A stretch of DNA of 64,000 nt from an uncultured Clostridia bacterium. GTDB taxonomy: Bacteria > Bacillota > Clostridia > Christensenellales > UBA1242. Each line of letters begins with the position of its first letter. Position 1 is the stretch's first letter. The position numbers and the translations under genes were made by a program. The notes under the pieces were generated by a model. It was not told the DNA's origin and did not search any database. It saw nothing but the letters and a program-made list of their open reading frames with translations. Location: NCBI GenBank assembly GCA_937925475.1, contig CALEWH010000022.1, positions 5,376-69,375 of the forward strand, read 5' to 3'. Shown one piece after another: positions 10,294-22,400 of the stretch.

Positions 10294-10460
10294 AACATAG
10301 TTTACAACCTTATTTTACTAATGTAGTATCAAGATTATTTGACTAATATAGTTTATAATAATTAAACCATTATATTTTATAATTTCATTAGAAAAATATA
10401 GTTTACAATTTTATTATGGGAATATAGTTTACAATTTCCTTAAAAGAATATGATTGTAAA
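10294..10460. repeat. Array of a 15-mer (plus strand AATATAGTTTACAAT) plus one inverted 8-mer
   Basis: Copies sit at 10421-10435 and 10395-10409 (identical, 17-mer identity), 10345-10359 (1 mismatch) and 10294-10308 (2 mismatches). Start-to-start spacing is 26, 50 and 51 bp. ATTGTAAA at 10453-10460 is the exact reverse complement of TTTACAAT at 10428-10435, with a 17-nt spacer. Confidence 0.75.
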
Positions 10461-10488
10461 AAAAGAAAGGCTCCCGCCTTTCTTTTTT
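10457..10488 (-). terminator. Rho-independent terminator of the 7,176-codon gene
   Basis: Perfect 10-bp stem AAAGAAAGGC/GCCTTTCTTT (10462-10471 / 10476-10485) with a 4-nt loop and a U-run on the minus strand. It begins 6 nt after the TAA at 10496-10494. Confidence 0.85.
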
Positions 10489-10493
10489 AGAAC

Positions 10494-13400
10494 TTATTGT
10501 TTCCCAGCAATTTTTATCCTTAATTGAAATTCATTATCCACTAAACAATAAGTTAAAGCACTCACTTTTTTGAATCTTTTATAAGTTCCACCTTCTTTTA
10601 CTTCTATAACAGAAGTACCATCAATGGTGGTTACATATTTTACATCATTCCAAACATATCTTTCAAGATTAGTATCAACCCAATTATTACCTGTATAGTA
10701 ACTTTCTCGACTTGTATTTTTTGTATGTACAGCATTAATAAATTCACTAATAAGTCCCATATGCATAAAGTTTGTATGTGATTTTTGAATATCTTTGTTG
10801 CATAGTAAATCTTTAACATTTGTCAATAATACATTAACAGATCTCACCTCACGGCTCAATAAGTCTATATATGGCCGAGTTCCGTTAGTAATATGAACTA
10901 AATTATAACTAAAACCTACACTTATACGATCATATCCATTTTCACCAAATTGCTTCTCTACATCATTCATAAAGGATTGATATGTAGGAATGCGTTGAGT
11001 CTTATCAACATAGTAAGACCACTCAATAACTAGTGCGCCATATGTCCATTCTCGATCACCAAGTTTTTCTTCCATATAAGCCCAATGAGTAAATCTATCC
11101 AATAACACATTGCTGACTCTAGAACTATTCACTAGTGATACATTATCTTGTATATTGTCATAACCATATAATGTACCAATGTAGGCTTTTAGCAAACTTC
11201 CATTGTATCCACGAGCAGAAGAAAAGAAATTGTTAATATTGTTATAAGATGACAGATCTGGCACACTTCTCGCACCTGTTTCATCTGCGTTATTGTATGT
11301 TGTAACACTGCTTACACCAAAAGTACTTAAAAATATGCCGTAATTATTATTAATTCCACTTGCATCATTATTCGGATCTGTATTAGCTTCATCATATGTT
11401 TGACTAGTTCCAGAAGTAGGACCAAACCAAGTATTGTATTTATTAACATTACTTATCGAAAATGATCTAGCGTATCCTGCTTTATATTGATTAGCCCAAT
11501 TGATAGGACCATAATTGACAGTAGCAAAACTATAATTACTTGCTCGCTTACCCATGGCCATATTTTTAGCGTTTTTTATTGAAGTAGTAACCACAGAATA
11601 TTCAGACTTGCTAGCCCATCTATTGTCTGCTGATAGTTTGCCATCAGAGTCATACTTTCCAAACCAACCTTCGTCTTGATCATATTTTTTTACACTTTCA
11701 AGTGTTACATTATTCACTTGATTAACTTGCTCGCTACTACTTGCCATAATAAACTTAGGAGTTGCAACCTCAGCGTGGAATACTTTATCACAACCCCAAG
11801 CATGAATTTCATTAATATCTACTTTTAGGCTAACTTTTGTCATACAACCCATAGTACATTTGTATTTACCTGTAAGATAATTATTAATGTCAAACTTTCC
11901 TATCAATCCACCTATATATTCACTACCTTTAATAGTCGAGTTGCTTACGATATTGGATGTGATATTAGTTAAATTTACATCAGAAGGTGTAGTCTCATAT
12001 TTTGTAGTATCGTTGTATCTACCTATTAATCCACCTACATTGTTTGTTGTTGCATCAATCACACAATACTCTACAATACAATTGTTTACAACACAATTAT
12101 CACTTATTGTTCCTCTTTGGTTATTAGTTTGTGTTGTGTATCCTATAATGCCACCGACATTACTTCTACCTCTTATTTTAGACATAAATGTGAAAGTATT
12201 ATTATTTTGTATATAAGTAGTTTGTGTAATTTTACAAGACTCAATGCTTGTCTTGATTGCAGTACCAGCGATTCCACCAATCTTATCATAATATGGTGTC
12301 CTAACCGATTCTATAGTAATGCCTATAAGTGATATATTTTCTATTTTCATTAGATCAGCATAGCCTGCTACACCACCCAAATTGGCATCCTCATTTACAG
12401 AGTTGATATTTGTAATTATTGTATGAGGTTTGGCGCCAGTTTTATTATTTCTTATACTTTTTACTTCACCAAAACGAATTTTTACATTTACGCCATATCC
12501 TACTACACCGCCTAGATATGCGCTACCAGAAATTTGTTTTTGTACTACAAATGGATTGTCACTTGTTCCACGGATTTCAATGTTATCCTTAGTATTAGTT
12601 GTAGCATAACCCACTATGCCACCTACATAGTTTGTTCCAGAAACACTAGATATTGTAGTTCCATTGATAGTTACACCATCACTATCCACATATGTCAAAA
12701 CATTACAATTTATCATTAATAATGTGCTAGATCCAAGTTCGGCACGACCTATTAATCCACCAACATAGTTTGTTCCACTAACATCAATATACGAAGTGAC
12801 ATTTTCAATTCTACAAGAAACAGTTGATGAAGGTCTAATTGCCCCTACTAGCGCTCCAACATATAAATTACCGTGTAATCCATAACCTTGTGATTGGCCA
12901 TCCTTTTGACTAATTTTAAGGTTTTTTGCAATTAACTTTTCGGCATATCCTATTAGTCCTACATAGTCTTGATTTATTGTATATTTTTTGTTAAATTGTA
13001 TTGTTTTTACACCATCGCCTTGGATTGTCCCTTTAAATTTGAAAGATGAACTTCCTATTGGAGTATATGTATCACCTAAGGTGATATTGTCTTTCAAAAT
13101 TATTGAAAGTTCTTGATCCACATGTCTATAAGTCCAATAATCAGCTACATATTGAAGACCTCTTGGCTCATAGACATCAAAATTTTTTAAACTATATGGA
13201 GTAATCACAACATTGGTTTCATCAATAACCATAACACCATTTGCACTAGCATTATAGTGTTCTATCAAATAGTCGGCATCTTCAAGTCTATAGTTACTTT
13301 TTAATATACTAATATTATTTTGTACTAGTTTGTAATAGTATAATTGATAAGCTAAACTATTTATGGTTCCGGTTTCACTATACTTTTCCCAAGCCGAAGA

Positions 13401-16400
13401 TGTGCTCATACTCAATTCATTAATCATTTTACAGTTTATTGATTGTAGTGATCCTGTTTTATAAATGTATACAATATTTATCATACAGTATTTGTTATTG
13501 CCTGATAATTCGGCACCGAATATGTATTTTTTACAATTATTTTCAGAATATGTACTAATATCAACATCACCCGAATTTATTCTAAAGTAGAAATTGTAAA
13601 AATCGGAATGATAATATGTTCCGCAAACTAGTCCCCACTTTTTAATATTTGAAGAATTAACTACTGCTGATGATTCATTTACAAATGAAACTTCCGATAT
13701 TGTAGAATCAGAAACATTACCAACTATTCCACCACAACAATAACTTGCGTTTATCTCGGTGTTTTCAATGGTTGCGTTTTGCAAAATAGATGATTTATTT
13801 ATATATCCTGCAATACCACCAGTTGTTGCACCGCCAATAGTTGTGCCTTCATCTACTTTAAGCGCCGATAAGATGCTGTTTTCCGCATGTCCGACAATTC
13901 CACCAGCATAACAGCCTTCGGTTGTATCACTGCCTATAATAGTAGAACTTGAAACACTGCTATCAAATATAACACAATTGTTTTCCGCATGTCCGACAAT
14001 TCCACCAGCATTGCTTGTGCCATAAACTGCTATGTTTTTCACAATCACATTGTTAATCTCTACATTCTCAGCTTGACCTACTGCACCTCCAGCATTTTTA
14101 CCATTAATCTTAACATTACCACCACTTGTACCAATGCTTGAATTAATAATCCTTGTATTTTTGGCATTTCCGACTATGCCACCAGCGCAAGTAGTAGCCG
14201 AAACATTTGCATTCACTATATCAGTATGAGTTATTTCTACATAACGTGAAGTGTTGTTTTCAATAGTTCCTACTATGCCACCGGCATTATTAGCACCATT
14301 TACAATATATTTGCTAGAATCTGACCCCAAATTGCTTACTAAGATTGTAGCATTACTATTACTAATAGATGACATAATATACTTTGCGATAAACGCACCC
14401 GAATTGATTGTTCTGTCAACAATATAATCATTGATTGCATCAACTTTCATTGTAGGTGCATCTTGCACTAGACCAAACAATCCGCCATATTGTGCATCAT
14501 AACCTTTTGCATAGTCGGCTGTAATGTTTTCACTCATAAGGGCTGAACGATTTGTCGAATATGCACCATAACAAATCATATTGTTAATATAATTATCAGT
14601 ACCAGCACTTTCAAAACTACCTTTAAATGAGCGATTATTATACCTTACGCCAATCGGTGTCCACAACTTGCCTGACAAATCAATTGTCTTTGCAAGCACG
14701 ATTGTTTTGCCTTTAAAAGAATTTCCTTCTTCGTTTACTTGATATGCAACCCATGCAAGTTGTCCCGGAGTATTGATTGTATATATTATTTTACCATCAA
14801 CCTCTTTTGGGGATACCGCATTGCTAGCTTTTGCACCTTCATCAATCCAGTATTCTTGTGAGAAAGTCAAGCGTGGAAGGCTATAATTTTTACCTTCAAT
14901 CCTATTCCATACACTACCCCAATCAGTACCAAACAACGCATTTGTTTGAGTTTGCATTTCGGAAATCTTTTTATTTTTTCCGCTATAACCAGGACACATA
15001 TTTGCGTTGTCATTGACAATATATGCATTTTCTGGATAGTCACCGCCATTATAACTCAACATTGTATAGCCATATCTTTCTGCTGTATCTTTCGGATTAT
15101 ATGTGCTTGATGCAAGAGCATAGCCGTTTCCAGCATATTTTATCTCGGCAAAATATACATTATTAATAGAATTTGAATAATTCGAATTATTGTTTACTAC
15201 AAAATAGAATTTTCTTCTGTCAGCTTCATTATAATGTTTCATTTCACCAGCAGTTATACCCATTACAGCATATGCATTGGAAATATCAATTTTCGCACCC
15301 GACTTTGCATTTCCTACGAAGCCAGCAGTGTTTCCACCGCACACATGCGAGTTTTCGATACCGACTTTTGATATCGTAACAGTAGTAGTACTGTTTCCAT
15401 TTGTAGAACCTATAAGAATAGCAGTGTTTGCATATACTCCACTTGCCACTTGAGCATTGCTTATTAGCAAGTTCTTTATATTCACACCTTCCACAACTCC
15501 AAACAATCCGTTGTTTTCATTGCCCACAACTGACATATTTGAAATAGTGTGTCCATTTCCTTCAAATGTTCCTTTAAATGGACTTGTTTGTGTTCCGATC
15601 GGAGTCCACAATTTGCCTGACAAATCTATATCATTTGCAAGCTTGATTGTTTTACCTTCAAAGTTGTTACCTTCTTTTTCAGAGTTTACTTGATATGCGA
15701 CCCATGCAAGTTGTTCCGGAGTAGTGATTGTATAAGTATTATTATTCTCTGTGACCGCTGTACCTTGAGCAATCCACGAATAATCCGAAGCATATTCATT
15801 ATCGAAATAATGAACCTTGTACATCCATGATGGGACAAGAGCGCTATTGTTTTTGTTTGTGATTTGAGACCAATATTTATTTATATCTAGTGACAAACCG
15901 TCAAAATTGTCGACATTGCTTGCTTGAACTAAATCAAAATTCCCTTTTGTTGTGTGATAATTAAGTGTAGATTGAAGTACAGTCAAGTTGTTTTTATCAT
16001 AATCTGATAGGTTTGAATACGAATCACCTACAATAACACAATTTGCCATATCTTTTAGGTAAATATTAGTGTCATTAAACGAAAACATACTTGCATAAGC
16101 AAAACCCTTAGAAGTACTTTTAAGGACTATATTATTGTTAGTTTTTATCAAATTAGTAGATGAGTCAATCTTACAATGAGCATCCATAGTGTGAAGACCA
16201 ATTATGCTTCCATTGTTTGTAATGGTTGTTGGATCTCCACTTATCGCGCCACCATAGATAGTACCATTGTTTATAATAGTTGTAACAGCACTAGTAGCAT
16301 TTCCAAGCAAAACAAGTGATGCTCTTTTTTCTACTTCAATACTGTTTACAAACGATTGTTTGTCTTCTAAGTATACTGTGTTTCCACTCTTAATTAGACT

Positions 16401-19400
16401 TTCTGATGTTGTCAATGGATTTTGACCACTACCAGAGATGTTTGTCGATTTACCCGATTCAACAGTACTTAGTCTTGGGAAGAAATCATTAATTTCTCCT
16501 TGCTCAAAGCCAGTTGGAGTACCAAATTTATTTTTCAATCCGCTTGCACTTATGACTGTACCATAACCATTTGAGAATGGCACAAATTCTTTTACATATA
16601 GTGCATTAGAAATAGTTATGTCATCACCACCACTTTGATTATTATAAACACCAATCAATCCTCCCTTTTGAGTGTTTTCAAAGAAGTTATAACTATATAG
16701 CGTAATTAGTATCTCTCCATCTTCATCATCGCTATTTGGCAATACAAATTCGACAGCCGAATAGCAATTTTCTATTGAGTGAGGATCTTTTGTTGAGTGA
16801 GGATCTTTTGTTGTATGGTTATACACACCTATAAGACCACCAAGATTTGTATCTGATTGGTCAATACACATAATATGTTGAGCCGAATAAATTTTACCTA
16901 CTGCATAACTACTAGTAATCTTAATGTTTTGAGCAAATCCAATAAGACCGCCATATGCAAATGTCTTAACTGAGCCTACAAATCGGTCGTCAATGATATC
17001 CACATCTGCACTAACTTGGCTGACAGTTTGAGATGTGACAATTTGAGATGAGCCATCTTGAGATGTGATAGTTTGAGATGTGACAGCGCAAGCATAACCT
17101 ATTGCTCCACCCATATATGATTCATAACCACTATCAATATTTGTAGTAATAGTGCCACTATCTTTACTATGATTAATATTACCTATAACTTTTGATGTTG
17201 CAACAGATGTATCTTTAGCATAACCTACCAAACCACCTGCATATAATACTGTTTTGTTAGTCGAAGAGCCATTTGTATCAGCGATTTTTATAATGTCAAG
17301 TTTCTCAAGTGTTTCACCACTACCTATATAACGATTTATCTCAACATCTTTTATATTACTGCTTTCTGCTTTACCTATTGCACCGCCAGCATACAATGTC
17401 GAATATTCTCGCATTTTTACGTCGATACTCGAAGTAGATGTATTTATTGTGTTTGCAGTTGTTGTAGTAGAAGTTGTTGTTGTAGTAGTTTCGTCATTTT
17501 TCTCGATTGTGACGCTATCAATACTACCTGCAAGACCACCAATGCAAATATTGTCTTTTGCCACATTTCCATTGTATGTGATAGTTTGTGAAGAATCAAG
17601 CCATTTCAACTTAGAAAGAGCGACATATCCAAATACGCCACCAATGTTGTTTGATGATGTACCACCATTTATGCTATTACTGCTCTCAAACTTGATTTGA
17701 CCACTTGCAGTAACATTAGTATAGTCAACATTTGAAGTATAACCTACTGCTCCACCTACATATGTACTACGGTTGGTTATTGTAGGAGTAGTAGCATCAA
17801 TAAACACATCACTTGTAGTGATTGTCTCTACTGTCGAGTACTTACTCTTTGCTTCATTCCAGCCTATTACGCCACCAATGCTTAGACTACTTGAAGTAAA
17901 CCCTACATTATTATTTTGATGGTTGTTTTTATTTATTTTGATTTGTAAGCTTTCTACTTCAAGTGAATTTAATTTTTTTCCACTTTCAGCGTAGTTTTTA
18001 CCAACAATGCCACCAAAAGCAAACTCATAATTATTGTCTTTGTCTTTATACATTGATGCAGTAAAGGTTGTGCTTTTGCCTTCCAAAGTAATACCATATA
18101 TTTTATTTGATACATAACTATCGCCAGTATTGCCAGCCAAACCAATCGCACCACCAACATAGGTAGTGTTGTTGATATACACTTGCGAACTTGCATTAGT
18201 GAAGCCCAAATTGATGTCGTGTATGTCGCAATTTTTAGCATAACCGATAAATATTGCGCCTGCCTTAGTGAAATTATTTTCTATTGCGTTGTTTGCTTCG
18301 CTAGTGTTGCACTTAATTGATGACGAATTAAGGTTAAAGTTCCTAAATTCGGCACCGTCAGCGACTCTGACAAAACCAAAGTAGTCATTGTTTGAGTCGT
18401 CGATAGTAAGTGTATTAATTGAATACTGTTGATTTTGTGCACTGTAAAGTTTGCCAGTAAATGGCTTGTTTTCAGTACCAACAGGCATCCAAACGGAAGT
18501 AAGATTGATGTCGTTTTGCAAAACGAAAGTTGCATCAAGATATGTACCCATCTTTTTCAAATCATCTTCGGTATACACATTGACAAGTTTTGGTTTTAGG
18601 TTGTTGACGATGCTTGGGAAAACATCTCTCACACCTTGAACTTCGTTGATGATCTCGCCAGTTGCATTTAACAATGTACCATTCCAGTTGAATGTATCCC
18701 AACCATAATATACTCTTGTTGTGATAATGTTGTTTATTGTACCTTCATCTCCGTCTTCGGATGTTATCCTTTTCCAGACTGCATTTGCGTCTGCCAAGTT
18801 GTAACCACGACCTACCAATTCGTTTAGAGTACGAAGGCTTCCATAGTATCTAAGTCTCGAATATCTATATGTATAATCACCAGTCGAATAGTCGCCCGAT
18901 ATCATAGAAACGTATTCTTCCTCTTGGTCTACAAAAATGTTTAATTCGCTACCATCAGCACCAAAACTTGTTTCGTTTTGGTTTAGATTGCCTATTTCGT
19001 CAAGCAAAACATTAGGTTGAAGATATTTGTATGTAGCCTTGAAGAATGTATCTTCATAGATTTTACGAGATGCAATAGTATTTTGTGTGATTAGTCCAGT
19101 ACTTGACATATATCCAACAAACATACCTACCCACGAATTTGATTGTGTAGGATAGTATTGACTACGAGTAGGATTTAGGTCTACTCTACGCCAGATATTT
19201 GCACCTACGATATTTGAATAAGTGGTTTTTATTCCTTCTCTTTTTAGCAATGCATCGATTAAAGCGGTTGAATTTGAAATGTAACTAAATGTACTATTTT
19301 CTCCCACAGCAGATGAAGCATCTTCAAATTTTTTGCCGTTATTGTCGTAGATTGCTGGCTCAATACCGATGATACCACCTGTACCAAAGAAACCATATAC

Positions 19401-22400
19401 ACTGCCTGTGGTGTAAATTGAGTCAAGTTTGCCACCAGCATTTAGACCAATAACACCACCAGCATATGCTGAGTTTTCGTTAATGACATTAACTCTCGAA
19501 TACGAATTTTCGATAGATCCGCCAATGTTTGCTCCGACTATGCCACCGATATAATGAGCATTGCCTGTAAACAAGTCGTTTTTGACTTGCAAAGTGTAAA
19601 CTGCGTCATTACTGCTTGGATTGTCAAGAGTGTTGTAATAGTCGCTATTGTTTTTCGAAACATCGTCCGATTTGTAGAACTTAGCGTCTATTTCGCTTTG
19701 ATTTTGATATTTTACTTCGACACGATTTATGCGACCTTCATTGTGTCCGACAATCGCACCACCAACACGAAGTGCATTGATTTCAGTAGTGTCCCCTACC
19801 ACAAACTCTGAGTTTGTAACATTGGATTTAGCGCCTATATAGCCCGCAATACCACCTACTACTTCACCCGACAATGAGATGCTTTGACCTACATAACATT
19901 GTCTTATACGGTCTACAAAGTCAATGCTTTGATTTCCTGAATTAGTATCGATTGTTGGATTTACATCTACATCAATAATTCCGGCAATGCCACCTACATA
20001 ACTTATGTTTTCTATTGCACTAGCAAGTTTATCAGCAGTTCCTTCGGCACTACTTAAATATGCCTTTTTATCGTCTTCGAAAGGAGATACAAACATCTTA
20101 AAGTCTGTATTTGCCTTATTTGGATTTTTACTACTAAATGTATTAAATTTGTTTATAGAATTGGCTTGAACGGAAATGTTGCTAGTAACATTTACTACAT
20201 CGGCCTCTCCCACTATCAAACCTGCCAGTCCACCTACGGCATTAAGTCCTTCGACTTTGATCGACTTGTCCTTGCCAGAGATGTTGATATTGTATACTTT
20301 ACCGCCATCAATTACACCTGCAAGCACACCTACAAAGTTGATATTGCTTCCATTTATCTCTTCGATATTGATGTTTAAGTTGCGGACAGTACCTATTTTT
20401 GTAACATTAGTACCATTTATTTTTTCAGTGACCTTACGGATTGCCTTAAACAAACCAAGATATTTTATTGTATCGTTAGCATTTATATCGTCGGCACTTA
20501 TGCGAAGTTGGTCTATTGTAAGTCCATTTCCTTCAAAGTTTCCTACAAATACAGTGCTAAATGTATTGGCTGTTTGAATTTGATCAAACGCTATGTCGTG
20601 TATCATACGAACTACACTTGGTCTTTCATCCGTCTTTGATTCATCATTGATACCTAGATTGATATTATAATCTTCGGCAGTAGCGACATGAAGTGGGTTG
20701 TTGATAGAACCTGTCGATATATCTACACTATATGATGTGTTCACTAGTTCTTGATTATCAATATCACACTCAATTTTCCAATTATTCACTGTATTGTATG
20801 AATAGATATCTTTTCCCTCTTCGTTTTTCTTAGATACATAATATCTTAGGCTTATTGTGCGCATATTGGCAGTGATAAGTTCGGGTCTATTTGCTGTATA
20901 AGTCGATTGTTTTAGGTGATCTTTATAACCAGCTGTTGTGGTTGTCTTCTCATTTGGAATAAACCATACACCATCTTCTATGTTTATATTTTTAGCATAG
21001 TCGCTATTAAAGCCCCAAGAAGTAAATGTGTTGTAGTCGCTAAATGCGCCAGCATAAAGTGATGTAGCCACATCGTCTGTTGCTTTTGAGAAACTATCTT
21101 TTACTGAAACTTCACCTATACTATCTACGCTATCACTTGCTGCAATATACATATAGAACGACTTATCTACGCTTGTTTTTGTCGCAACAAATGGATAGTA
21201 GTTGGTGTTTTCATTGATGATAGAAGACATCGAATAACTACTTTCGATACTTCCAGAGTTGTCGTAAGCAAAACCAGCACCATTTGTACCTGAAATAAGT
21301 ATGTTTGCATAACAATTTGATACGGTCGCCTTGTTGATGCCTACAAAGCCCGAAGCATAGCTATTTGTATAAACAGCTGAGCCCAAAGCACGAAGTGAAG
21401 TGAATTTTTTGTAAAGTTCTTTATCATGACCTAATTTGTATAATTGATAACCTGCATATTCACTTAGATCGATTTTTATTTGACCGGTCTTTTTATCGTT
21501 TACATTATATTCTGGGCTATTTGCATTAATAACAAGCATATTTGTGCTTTTATCAATGTATGTAGTAAGATTGTTGTTTTGATTGTTTTTGTCATAAACA
21601 TCTACTGTTTCGTCACCAAGTACATAGCAGAATTGGATTTTACCGCTTTCGTGCGACGCTACAAAACCTGCTGTGCTCGAATTTGCTTTTGTTTGTTTGT
21701 CATTTGAAATGACACTGCCCGCCTTGAAGTATGACGAACTAATATAACCAGAGTTTTGCGCTACAAAACCTGCAACATAGTCAATACCTTTGACATTTAT
21801 GCGTTCGACACTACTATTTGTAATGTATCCGCTTGCGGAGTTTAGTCCGACCATACCACCTACTCTTAGTCCAAGAGTCTCTTTAGTGTCGTCAATCACG
21901 ATACTAAATGTGTCTACATGGTTGTCTTCATTGATGTTGACTTTACCTTCTCCATTTGATGTAAAGTACCTGCTAAAGTCTTCGGTGACTATTGGCGAAT
22001 ATTCATTAACATTTTTTAGAGATTCTTCTCTATTTTTTCTTACAAACATTGCATTATTAATAATGTTTACATTTGTGATAATGCCATAGTTTGTGCCGGC
22101 AAGTATTCCCGCATTGACACCTTCAGTGTTTTGAATCGACACTTCAAGTACGCCAGTGTTGTCTATTGAAAGATTTTCGTTTGCATCTTCCACAACAGGA
22201 CAAATATCAATAGTCAAGTTTTTGACTGTTGTGTAATATCCTAGGTCTTCGTCAGAACCTATTTCGCTAAACAAACCTATGTTTGTAAGTCCAGCCACTT
22301 CACCAAACGATGTAATAGTGATAGTGTATCCATTTCCGTCAAACGACTTAAATAGTGCTGGGATTGGAGTCCATTTTGACAAAACAAGGTCATTTAGAAG

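Noticed and set aside
9870-10346. 158-aa plus-strand ORF across the rpoB start and promoter
   Set aside because: It overlaps the rpoB 5' end and leader in antisense. It has no SD, and its translation is hydrophobic and low-complexity.
10294-10460. Could the repeated 15-mer be a CRISPR array or a series of tandem promoters?
   Set aside because: The repeats are only 15-17 bp with irregular 11-36-bp gaps, and no cas genes are present, so it is not CRISPR. TAAACT inside each copy looks -10-like, but no copy has a usable -35 at 16-19 bp. The array also fails to match the cre consensus (TGWAANCGNTNWCA) at key positions.
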